Positions 13,504-25,760 of a DNA stretch of 64,000 nt are shown one piece after another (position 1 is the first letter of the stretch; each line of letters begins with the position of its first letter). The stretch is from assembly GCA_039621445.1 (NCBI GenBank), contig CP154954.1, positions 13,014,716 to 13,078,715 of the forward strand, read 5' to 3'. The position numbers and the translations under genes are program-made. The notes beneath the pieces were generated by a model, which was given only the letters and a program-made list of their open reading frames with translations, was not told the DNA's origin and did not search any database. This DNA comes from Euglena gracilis (lineage: Eukaryota).

Positions 13504-16500
13504 GTGTTTGTGCATTTAGTTTTTGATTCCAGGTGTTGATTTTTCATTGCAAATTGTCCCACCATGTTGGTTTTTCACTGGCACTCGATTCGGCTGCATT
13601 GGTCCTGCACTTTTACACCTGCAATCTAACCAAGTTTTTCAAATTTAACTTTCGTTCCACTTGCTTGCTGGAGTATAGTAAGGCAACACTTTCTTCCTTC
13701 CTACCTCATTCGTTGCACTGCGACCACTTTGACCGTGCCATGTCTTTGCCTGTGGTAACAGAGGGTGCTTTGTTTGTGGGTCTGTGTGCAGTGTCGACTG
13801 AACTGCACTCCAACCCTGCAGCGTGAGTGTATGGGTTGGATTGCTATAAAATCTAACAAACTGGAAGGCCCGGACCCCTTTTCATTGGGCAAGGGGTGGG
13901 TGAGTAGGCACCTCAAAACACACATAGGGAATCAAACAAGAAAATAAAGCAAAACGCAGTTTTTGATCACACTCTCACCAGTGGATTTCATTTTTGTGTC
14001 CCTTTGGCTTTGGGAGGGGGGGGGTCTATGAAATATTATTGCACAATAAAAATCAACCTGCGTGGATCCCAGTGCATTTCACATTCCCCTTTGGAAAGTG
14101 GTCAACCAACGATGGTGGGTGAGGTGTGAACCGTCACTGCTTGATGGGACAAGATATTGGAAGATTTGGCACAATGCAGCTTTCGCGGCATGGCGCCTTT
14201 CCAACCCATCGTGGAACCATGGCAACCTGCTGAAGCGTCCCCCACTGGCTGCATCATTTGTTGACCACTGGTAGCAGTCCATTTTATTTGAGTTGGATTG
14301 GTCCATCTATTGAGTTCGATTGGTTTCGACGGTCAATCTGAATGAGATTCTTACCTGCAGCTAACCCCCAACATGTTCAGGATGCGCAATGAAAATACAT
14401 GTTGACACGTATGTTGCTATCATTGTGCAAATTGACTTTTTCTGGTGAAAACCGTTATATCCCCAACAAATTTTTTCTGCTTTCTCCTGAATGGTACCAT
14501 TTTGCGGGCTTTTTTTTTGGGGCGGGCTATTATATTTGGGGGGATTGCAATATTTTTGTGTACGACCCCCTGAAATTCTGGGACAAGGAGGGGGCTTTCA
14601 GAAGTAGTGAGTGTGACTGGTTCAGCCTGCGTCCATCAACCAATCGCCCCCCGCCGACACCTAATTGTACAGCTTCCCACGTTTTCCCCTGCTTCGGGCC
14701 CAGGCTTCTTCAGCTGTTCTGAAATGCTGAATTGGTGAGTTAACTTTGAAGTCAAACCTGGTGGGTCACGAGAGTTATGTGCGGATTTTGTGCATAGCCA
14801 TGATTTCGTAGTTTTTGCATTTGGGGAGAGGAATCCAGACCGAATCTCGGTATGCTTCGGAGTAGTAAGAGAGTACGAATTCACCAGAAGCCCCAAAAAA
14901 CTCTGATTCTGAAGAAGTCTCTCCGCATTCCTTTGGGAGTCGCTGCCCGGAAGCCGTGCGGCAAGCTTGCTACCATTGAGGTGTGGTGCGGAAGCTGCAG
15001 GGAATCCTGCTCAGTAGTTGACTCCATGGGCTGTTTACCACAGCTGCCTTTGCTTTTGGCTTTTGCTGGCTTTTCTATGGGTTTCCTTGGTTGGGATCAA
15101 CCCGCGTGCGAGCACCTATAGTTAAAATGCCCGAACATGGCCTAAAATTTTTTTTGACCCGCTGTTGGTGGGGGTCCGCAAACTGAAGCCATCAGGTGAT
15201 GATTTCTGTGAAAGTGGATGGCAACCGGTGGATATGGTGGACGATGGTTGTGCAACCTGCCCCTTTGACAAACAAGCAAGCCCATTTAGTGCCCATTTGT
15301 GTGAAGATAAAAATACATTGATATCTGATCGTACACATTGCAACCAAGCAGTTACAGCAAAAAATGGCCTAATAAGGCCTAAAATGGCTTAAAAATGGCC
15401 CAAAATGACCTAAAATGGCCCAAAATGGCCCAAAATGAAAAAAAAATTGCGGCGCGAATGTGTTATGACCCATTGAATGTTTTTGTTGTGAGTGGAGCTT
15501 GAAACAGCTTGAATGACTTTTTGACCTCCTGAAAATGTGAAATGGATTCCAACAGCTTGAATGGTTTATGTGGCAAATGATTGTCTCTTCTTATATAGGG
15601 TGGGATCCATGCTCATGGCTTCAGCAAGCTTCTCCTGCAAGGACCTAAAACCGAGGCACCTGGAACATTCTGTTAAATTTTATTAAAAAGGCAAGCAATT
15701 GAATTGAAAAAATAAGTGATTTCCCCACACCTTCAGCTCTATTTAGCACGTTTGCTTTGAGCAATTGTCCCACGATGAATGTGTGTGTATATGTGTATAT
15801 ATTATATTGTAATATATATAATTATTTAATTCTATAATAAATAATATAACAATATATTTTTCAATTTTTGAAGTTTTTGAGCTGTTTGGAATCAGCGCTA
15901 TTGTATTTCCTCAGAACAGGGTTTTGCATCCATACCAGACAACATTTTGTCCAACATTTTTTTTCACAGGATTTGTTTATGTCCAATAGTTTTCATCAAA
16001 TGCACAGGAGTTCACTGAACCATGATGTTTTTTTCTTTTGGTCCCATGCTTAATTTTGGCCCATCCAACTAGAGGAAGTTGTGAGGTTTGTGTGCTCCGC
16101 TACGTTCGTACACCTGCGGCATCTAGGTTTTTCCCCCAGTGGCACACTCCTCTTAAAAGCATGAATGCATGCATACATGCATTTGCAAAAGTTTGCAGGA
16201 AAACACCTATGAAATGACTGGGCACTACTGGGCGCACTGTTCATGAGTGGGGCGACTGGCTTTGCTGACACTCATAGGTGGGGTTCCGTGCATACATTCA
16301 TTTAGTGACTGGGGGGGGAACTTTTTCCCGGGCCTACCCACACACCCACTTTTTTTTATAAAAAAATGACCAATCCATGACCCCCCCCCCAGGATGGTTA
16401 ACACCCACCTGCCCACCCAAAATCGGGCCAAAATCGACGGGGCCTCTGGAACCACCCGGGGGGGGGGGGTGCGCCATGGGTCAGAATTTCGCAGCATTTT

Positions 16501-17429
16501 TTTGCTTCTTCGGCAACCGACCCACCCACTCTCGAAATCCCCCCGGGGGTGTGGTCGCATAGGTGTTAAGGTAAGGTTCCATGACTGGGCGTGATTTCGG
16601 CCACATCTAGCCACGTTTGGCCACATTTATCCTTTCATCTCCCTTTTTGTCCGCTTCTGGCCATCTTTCCGTTTGTTACCTATGCCTGTTTTGGAGTATT
16701 TTCGGTCATTTTTACCCACTGTTGACCTTGACCACTTTTGGCCTGTTTTGACCTTTTCTGAAACTGGGATTTCTGTGTGTGGACTGGTTGTGAGTGAGCG
16801 TGACTGGGCATGACTGAGCGTGACTGCGTCTGGGATTCTGGATGACCATAGGTGCTTGGTGGGGGGGAATAATTCCTTAAAAATTTCTTTTAACTCGCGT
16901 TCACACACGTTTCGATGTGTTCTGGTATAAATCCTGAAAGTGAAATGTGGAACCATCCCACAGGCCACAAAATGGGGTATGCCGAAGACAAGACGTAGCA
17001 CACATCATGTCTGCCAAATAATTGCAAAAAAGTCTGCAGTTGCTGCTCAAAAGCGAGTGGAATATAGTGAAGGTTGCTCCGTGCTCTCAGATGGTGCTTG
17101 TGTAATTTTTTTTTACATTCTAATTATACGTGTATCTCAAAGATTGCGATGTTTGCGAGCATTTCAGAGGTCTTTCCTGCTGGGGGCTTGAAAACGTGTT
17201 GTCTAAAGAAAGGGGGGGGTCCACCGGTTGGCAGTTGGACCCGGTTGGTAAAAACAAGCAAACAAAGTTCAAATACATTGGGCTTGTTGGGACTTTTCGG
17301 TGAATCTTTTGAGTATATATTTGAATATATTGAAAAATATAAAAACACTTAATAATGCTGTTGTTATGCGCCATTTTTTGTCTTTGATGATTTGCAGCAA
17401 ATAGCTGTTGATCAAAACCTGGTCAATTA

Positions 17430-18340
17430 GGGCACCAGGCGAGGCGCCCCCTCCGCCCCCGGGGGAGGGGGTCCAAGACTAAAAAAACCCCTGGGCTGGA
17501 CATTGAGTGCGTAGGTTGGGGGAATTGCATCCCTGGGGTCTGGGCGAGCCCTTTTCTGTTTTGAGTTGAGTTTTGAATTTTGTGTCACCGGGGTGCAGAA
17601 TGCCACCCTCTGCCTCCGGCGGAGGGGGGGTAGGGGGGGTGGGCAGGGTTCGATATAAGGAGGGCGTACATGGTTTAGGTGGGGGGGGGGTGTCCCTGCC
17701 CTCCCCCCCCCCCCTCCTGTCCCGCAGGGGGGGGTCCGGACCCCCCCCCCCCCCACCTGCAAGGGGGGTCCGGACCGACCCTCGGGGGCAAAAATTGACC
17801 CCCCCCAAAAAGGGTCAATTTTTTCCTCCGGCGCTTCGCGCCGAAAATTTTTTGCATTTTTGGCACATTTTTGCCCAAAAAGTGCCCAAAATGGCACTTT
17901 TGGTCGTTTTGTGGGGTCAAAAATTTTCGGCCCGGCGCTTCGCGCCGGGCCGAAAATTCGGCCACCCTGACCGCGCACCTGTTTAGGTGGGGGGGGGGTG
18001 TCCCCCCCCACCCCCCCCCCCTCCTGGCCCGCAGGGGGGGGGTCCCGGCCACCCCCCCCCCCACCTGTCCTTATATCGAACCCTGGGGGTGGGTCCCTTG
18101 TACCCCCCTCCCACCCCCCCGGGGGGGTGGGGGTAGGGGCTGGTGGGTATCTTTTTCGGCGCCGAAGGCGCCGAAAATTTTGAAAAAGGTGCTATTTTTA
18201 GCATTTTCGGGCAAAAATGGGTGGGTCCCCCGGGACCCCCCCCCTCCCCTGGGGGGGCACCCTGGGGGTGGGTGGGTGTGCCGACCCCTTACCCCCCCCC
18301 CCCCCTCCCCCCCGGTCTTAAAAAAACCCCTGGTCCAGCC
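17430..18340. mobile_element. Outer hAT-like MITE whose left end has been inverted
   Basis: Right end AAAAAACCCCTG|GTCCAGCC (TSD 18333-18340). At 17481-17501, AAAAAAACCCCTG|GGCTGGAC is the reverse complement of the expected GTCCAGCC|CAGGGGTTTTTTT left end. Confidence 0.75.
17644..18085. mobile_element. hAT-like MITE (442 bp), 8-bp TSD
   Basis: TIR CAGGGTTCGATATAAGGA / TCCTTATATCGAACCCTG; TSD GGGGTGGG at 17636-17643 and 18086-18093. Short relative at 47127-47273. Confidence 0.9.
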
Positions 18341-21300
18341 TACCTCTCAGCATTTCAGCATTGAAATGCCCTGCACCGATTCAGTTCTTGTATGCCTGGG
18401 GGGCACACCTCTTGCAATCTGAAGTGTGCCACTGGTTGAATGACTCTCCTTCCCAGCCTGCCACGGGGTTGCCTCCGGGCTATGTCGGACCTCCTTCCCC
18501 CCCCCAACCCTGACCGCTTTGTGTGCACCAGTGGTGCTGGTTTGACCTCGCTGAACCATCAAATGTGCTGGAGGGAGCCGCCCGTGGGACGCTTCACAGG
18601 CGAATTTGCACAATTCCAGTGATTTCCAGTGATTTTTTTTTGTTTGGGAGAATGGCGAATGTCCAATAATCGGGAAGCGGTCAGTGCTGTATGAACCAGG
18701 CATTTCCCCCTGACCATGGGATAAAAAATTGCAAGCGATGTAAAGAAAATCTCGGAAATTCAAACAGAACCGCCATGGAGGCCTTTCAAACCCACGGGGA
18801 CGTGTACCTCCCCACAACATGGGAACGTGCCTTCGACCATGTTGCCTGCCAGAACAGAAGCACAAAGGAGTTCCCATAGAGATGGCATTTCCCCCCCGGC
18901 ACTATCTGTGTCGGGTGTGCCGCCCTCTACTCCTGTGACATCCCCCTCCCCTGGCGAAGGGGGCCGTGCTCGGGGGGGGGGGTGACCTGGTTTTTTTAAA
19001 GTATCCGAAGCATATCTTCGAATACTTTTCCACGCTGTTTTCTTTTTTCTGCTTTTTTCAAGCTTGCAGATCCGGGGCTGGCAAAGGACAAAAGCCCCAG
19101 ATTAACGAATTATTTACGTATTTTTTTTCTTTTTGCCGTTTCCCCCCTCAATCGATCAGAAATTCCCCAAAGGAGTGGGAATGTCTGCTTGTCTCCTCCC
19201 CCTTCGCCGGAAAATTGCCGCCATGGCGTCCACGTCGTCATTCGCCTCCCAGTCATGTGCGTGCCGCGGGCACTGTACCAGCCCCTCACTCGCCCCGGCA
19301 CACTGTATTCCGCCTCGGTCGCCTCCATCCCCAGGGTGGGACACGCCGCCGGTTGCCCAGGCGTGGGGATGCCATTTTCCAGAAAGGGGCCAATGGAAGC
19401 TGAGTACCAGCCTCGGTACGTCGTCGTGGATTTGGCCTGCCTGTCTGAACCCCGGATATCAGGATATTCACCTCGCACTTTCTTTTTGACAATTCAGGAT
19501 TCTTTAATAATGAAGGTGTCCATTGTTATTTTTCCCCATTAGACCACAGAGCCCCCCCATCAGGCTTATGGTTGGGACAATTTAGTGTGGTATATCATTT
19601 GCGGTTTTCGGACGCTGTTCCTCAAACTCTTTTTTTTGTGTAGGTTGTTTTATTTTTGCAAGGTTTTGTTGTATGTGCGTGTGTTGATTTTGAGAGTTTT
19701 ATTTGGAAACTGATTCAATTTTCTGATTTGGGATCCAATTTTCAGCTGAGACCTTTTTTTCCAGAATCGAAGTTTTCAAATCTTTATCTTCCCAATAATA
19801 CAAACGTTCTGTTTCTTGACAACAGCACTTTTCTTTTAGGTGGCCCAATCGTTTAGTCTGGAACCGATTTTCTGCGTAATTTCCGAATTGCTTTGCATCT
19901 CGTTTCTAGCTTATTTTTTTCTACAGCTAAATGTATTGTAGATCGTTTGTAAAATTTCTGATCCACAAATATTCACCGCAATCGACGGACGTGCGACTTT
20001 TGCATTTCAACTCAGGCAAACAAAAATGTGATTTGATGTGAACTCAGGGAGTGGGTTCGGATTCCCCCTCGGGTCGCCCAGTCTCCCCCAGTCCACCAGT
20101 CCAGTACGCTCCACCAGTCCACGGCCACAGGGATCTGTGAAAATTGACGGGGCGAAACTTTTTTGTTTTTTTTTCCCAATACAAATGGTGAAACCGCGGC
20201 TCGTATTTTTTGTGTCCCGTTCTCCGCTGGCGCTGCCGGCCCACCCTGGCGGTCTCTCCCTCCCGCCGTCGTGCCTCTGCCACTTGGCTGGGACGCTCCC
20301 CCCTCCGGTCTGCACGGCAGCGCTGACTGCACCGCCAGCGCGCCGGGCCTTCCACACGCGCTCAGCCGCCGCGAGTCGCGCACTCTTGGGTGGCAAAGAG
20401 ACCTTTCTTCCCCTGGACTGACCCTATGTAGAAAGCCATCGACAACCGTTCATATGTCTCTGTCTTTTGCTCTTTGCCAATTTCATCATTTTAATGCATT
20501 TTTTCCCGAAATTTTTACGGCTTTTTAAGGCTTTTTTTTTAAGGCATTTTAGGTCATTTTAAGGCTTTTAAGGCGCTATTTTCCAGGATGGTCTACGGGC
20601 TATCCAACCACCGTTTTTGATTTTGAATGTTCTCCAAAATCAAAAAGTCTGAGGAACACATTTTTTTTTGAGTTTTGGTTCGACAAATAATGTTTCAGCG
20701 ATGCCAGAAATTTTTCTTACTGGAGTTCGCTCATTTTTGGCGAGATTTTGCGCCTTGCTATTTGTTCGGTCGGAGAAAATTCTGCCAGTCCAAAATTTTA
20801 AGGCATTTTAAGGCGTTTTGGCAAAAAATTTCTGGTATATTTTAACGCATTTTTAGGTTTTTTAAGGTGCCTTAAAAGTAATAATGCCTGGCCAGGAGGA
20901 AGGTGCTGGGGGTGAACTGGGCCAGCCAGATGGGGCCAGACGGAGTCAGACAGGAAACACCACAGCAAGTCCCGTGAAAAAATAATCCACCCAATGAAAG
21001 CAACCCTTTTGTGAGTAACCTTCAAATTTCCGCAACCCTTTCAATAATTTGGCCTGAAACCTAAATGCAAGCAACCTTCAAATAGAAACAACCCCTAACC
21101 AGATGCCATGAAGAAAATTTTTAAGAAAATTGCATTGGAGCGACTGAAAAAAGCATTCCAAATTTGAGCAACCCCCAAATTTTGATCAATTTAAGCCCTT
21201 TTTCGGAAACACATATGTGGGACTCGTGTTTCGGGGGATTTAGCAATCGAAGCAGATGTTTTCCAAGGGAAAAACATGCCTTTTTCTCCTCTTCTAAGAT

Positions 21301-23020
21301 ACAATGTGCCATTGCTTGCCCGTGCCAGGAACAACACACACAAAACATTGACGTGTTTTGAACAGGGGGGCGCGTTTCCCTCTGAACAACCCCCTCCCTC
21401 AGCGCTTCGCCTTTTGGCTTGTTTTGCTCGTGGCCCAAAAAAAAACCGGTAACCAGCAAAATTGTCCTCTTAAGATTCATCCCCCGGCCTGCCCTTCATC
21501 TGTGCCGGAGCAAAGCGCCGGGTGGGGTTATGTGAAAAAAGCACTGCAATTTTGACTAGGCGGAGTGCATCTTTTTACACTGCGCTCTCAGCCTGGCCAT
21601 GGTTCTGATATGCAAGTTGAATTATTACTTTTTTTTTTTGCAAAACCCAAAACTGTAAAATTTTGGATTGTTTTGTATATTTTTATTTTTCTATTTTTTG
21701 GGGGGGGGAACTCGCCAAAATGAAGTTGCATAAAACATATTTTTCGACCGATTCCATATCAGCAGTAATTGCATCATAAAAAATGCAATTACAATTGCAT
21801 CATAAAATATGCAATTTGTGCAAACCAACCATGCCATTTTGCAAATTCCGTGTCAGGTTTTCTTTTGGTGAAGCATTTTTGCTGTTTATTCGTTGTTTTT
21901 TTTTTAAAAAAAAATTCAAAAAAATTGATTATGTTGTGTTTATGTTATGTTAAAAAATGGTTGTGTTGTGTTATGTTTTTTTTAATCCTGGCACAGAAAA
22001 GTGCAAATAATTGTCTGAAAAACGCACTGTGTTTGCTTATGGTGATGGTTTATTTGCAGCATTTGCACACATTAATCACCCAAAGACACCAGCAATGTTT
22101 GTGTGGACAGGGTTTATATGAAAACAAGTGAAATAATAACACAGTTTCATCACATTTATTTTCCAGCTCCAAACATTAAGGCTCTTGGTTTGTTTTAAAG
22201 TGGTTGGGGCACAAATGTGAATATCGTCCATGTATGCAGTTGCGGACATTGACATCATTTTATTGTGGTGTGGGTGTCACAGAGTTTGGATATTAGTGGA
22301 ATAGTAATAGTCACTGAACTCTACTGGTAACCGATTGCAGTTCTCCTATGCGTTTTATCCCCTCATCAACCACCAGTGGCAGATTTAACAGCCCCTTCTA
22401 CCTATTTATTTTGTTGCATGTGAACTTCCACTCCTTTCGTAACCAAAAACCTTCACAACGCAGGGCTTCGGAAAGCAACCAAAAGGGTGGGCATGTTACC
22501 CCACCCCCGGAAAACCACCTCCCGCTGACAGTAGTTTATGTGTAAACATGCATACAAAACATACACATATATGCCAGATATATGCCATACATTTATAGGT
22601 ATGTGCATATACACGTACGTATATGTACATATACACGTACGTATATGTACATATACATATGCACAAACAGCTGCCATGTGTATACATATACACATGCATA
22701 TACATATGTATAATGTATATATGTATACATACACATGTATAATTGCAGACCAAATGTAAAACAACGACTCTCCCAAAAATACCTGTCATTGTTTGCACAA
22801 CCATTCATGATCACACAGTTGTATGTCCGTTTTGGCGTCTGACACAGTACAATAAGCAACCCTTTTTGTTGCCGGGTCCGTCCACAGGGCTTTTTGTTCC
22901 TGCGACGCGTGCCGATGACCGCCAGCAAAACCACTTCGCCACGGCCGCCCCAGCCCGCCGACCTCGATTGCCTGAAGGGCCCGGCTGCCAAGCGGGCCGC
23001 GACCAGATGGGCCCGGGGGG

Positions 23021-24442
23021 CAGGCACGTATAGCTAAAATGGCCTAAAATGGCCTAAAAGGCCTAAAATGGCCTAAAATGGCCGAAATGGCCTTGAATGG
23101 CCTAAAATGGGAAAATTCTGTTGCACAACATTTTTTTTGTGAACAATTGAAGCCATTCAGGCAATGATTTTCGGTGTCTTCTGTTAATGTGGACGGCGAA
23201 CAGTGGGTTTGGTGAAGGAGAACAACCCCACAAAACCCATTTTTTTTTATCCCAACTAATCATAGTATCAGTCCAAATCCACAGTCCCCAACCTTCTTTT
23301 GATAGCTGAATATTGAAGGGTTGGACAGCTGTATTTTTTTGTACTCCCATGTCTGTTTCGCAAATAATGAAACAATGCAAGTTTGGAGGCATGGGGAAAA
23401 AGGCAAGAAAAAAAGATGAAAGATGTTGGAACAATCTCAATTGAAATATAAGATAATAGTATGATTATAAATTTATAAATTTAATCATAAATTTTTATTT
23501 TAATAATAAATTTTAATTTAGTAATAAGAAAATTTTATATTTATTTTTATGAATAGATATTTTATTGTTGTAGAAATTCTATATATTTAATGTGGATATT
23601 TAATGTGGGTGTATTATTATCAATTTCATTAACATATTTTTTCCATATTGATATAAATTTTATTATTATCAATTTTTACAACAGATTATTATCAATTTTT
23701 AATTTAATGTGATGTTTTATAACATAAAGTATACATGTTTTTTTTTACACAATTTGAGTTATAAAATAAATATAAAAAGTTAAAGTTATGAATATGTATA
23801 TATATGCAAATATGTATATATATGTAAATATGTATATATATGTGTGTGTGTGTAAATATGTACATATATATTAAGTAAAAATTATATTGACACAGTATGC
23901 AATTGTACAATAATAATTATTAATGCTACTTTAAATCACATTGTTAATTAAAACTGGCATATATAATATGAATATAATATATGTTATTGGTTAATAGGTA
24001 CATATACAACAATTCATAATGGTACTAACTATAATGATGCTATGATTCTTTATTAAAGATATTAATAATATTTTTACTATGTATAGAAGTATTAATTTTT
24101 TATGTATTGGTTATATCCAATGATATATCATGGTGATCGTATGCAATTTTCACTGCCTAAATTCTTGCTGTTCAGAATTTCCCATTGTTTTGATCAGTGT
24201 TCATGAATTTTGCATGCTTTTTTGGATGTACATTTGTTATTATTGAATAAGAGAAGGTTTGCACACATTACGATAGAGTTTTCGGGACAAAAATGACGAA
24301 AAATTATGATTTTCAGAACCCCCACCTATACCTTAAAATGGCCTAAAATGGCCTAAAATGGCCTTAAATGGCCTAAGATGGCCTAAAATGAAATAAAAAG
24401 GCCTAAAATGGGGAATTTTTTGGGCTTGATGAGAGGTGCCTG
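23021..24442. mobile_element. ~1.4-kb insertion with CAGGCAC/GTGCCTG ends, (AAAATGGCCT)n subterminal repeats and a very AT-rich core
   Basis: Absent at the paralogous site ~53725-53740. 10-mer arrays at 23035-23110 and 24335-24410; AT-rich low complexity 23440-24130. Confidence 0.7.
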
Positions 24443-24952
24443 TGGGGGGGTCCGCCACCTCAACTCCTGGCAAAAACCTCCAATGTGTCAGTGTCGCATT
24501 TCTGGGCGGCTTTTCTCGGGTTATTTTTAGGTGTTTTTTTTTTACCCCAGTGAAGTCCGTTGTTTATGGTGTCGTGAATTTATGGTGCAGGATGACACCC
24601 CCCCCAGTGATTCTAAATGTAAAGGTTGAAGAATTTGGGTGAATTATTGTCTTCAAATTGACACAAATAGTGAATTAAAATGCTGGGAAATAAATTGCAT
24701 TATTCCCCCAACACTGTGGATCCCTCGAGCTCCTTTGACGACGTCTTCATCCTCCACATCCATCAGCGGGAGCACACACCAGCAGCAGGGGACTCACTTG
24801 TGCTTGTTTGGAGGCGGTTGGGCATGTTTTTTGTAGCCTCTCAATTGACCACCTCACCACCGTCCAGAGTCATTGTCCTTTACCCTTGTCCCCTTGCCCG
24901 CCGACCACATGTACCGCGTGGCACACCGCGTGCCCCGCGTCCGCGTGACATA

Positions 24953-24993
24953 AGTGATGGAAATTTGTGCAATCTTCACAAATTTCCATCACT
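24953..24993. repeat. Perfect 17-bp-stem hairpin
   Basis: AGTGATGGAAATTTGTG-caatctt-CACAAATTTCCATCACT. Confidence 0.9.
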
Positions 24994-25599
24994 ACCCGTT
25001 TTGTAGTTGAGTTCCATACATTTTTTCCTGGCTTTCTGCAAATCAGCAACTTTTGGACTTTTTTGACATTTTTTTGGTCATTTGGACCACTTTTGGCCAC
25101 TTTTGGTCACCTTTTGCCGCCTTGGGCTGCTTTTGGCAATTTAGAACATTTTTGGCTGTTTGAATGCATTTTTGGCTCATATATATAAAATTTTGGCTGC
25201 TTCTGGCCATTTTTGCGCATTTGTGGCGATTTTAGGCCCCCTCTCAGTGCTTTCAGCCATTTTTACCCATTTTTGACAATTTTTGGCCATTTGTGGTCAC
25301 TTGGACTTGGTGAGATCTGGTGGCAAAACCAGATGATTTGGGCCAAAAACAGCGAAAAATAATCATTTCACCCAAGATGCTTTTCTGTTGCACGATGGGC
25401 GCTGTTGCTCATTCAGTCATTTTAGGTTGCACCTTATTCATGTCATGTGCTGCCACGCGGTGCACACGGTGCGAGACACAGCTGGCTGCAAAAAGTGGTG
25501 AAAAATTTTTACTGCAAGGTGATAAACTAAGAAATTTCGGCCCACAAATTTAACACAAACATTTTTGGAAAGATGGACGATTGGGCTTGGTAAGGTATG

Positions 25600-25760
25600 C
25601 GAAGGGTCGCAATTCTGGGAAAGGGGTTTGTATTCAGATTTGGAAATGGTGGGGTTCGGTGCAGGGAATGGGGTTTGGGATGAGATGGGTTAGAATTTAA
25701 AGGTTGAGGATGGGGATAGGATTCGGGTGGGGACAGAGTCAGTCAAAGAATAGGATTAGA
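25600..25760 (+). repeat. Degenerate TTAGGG-like hexamer array near the right end of copy 1
   Basis: 6-nt periodic G-rich units (TTTGGA, TTTGGG, GATAGG, TTAGAA); homologous to 54530-54680. Confidence 0.6.

Larger units (their letters stand above)
5080..14230 (+). repeat. Old tandem duplication inside copy 1 (unit A ~5080-9950, unit B ~9950-14230)
   Basis: 5100-6130 matches 9970-11240, 7690-8450 matches 11330-12240, and 8880-9950 matches 13150-14230. At ~9950 the sequence after GGCAACCTGCT switches back to the sequence seen at ~5080, whereas at 14230 and 39600 it continues GAAGCGT. Confidence 0.85.
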
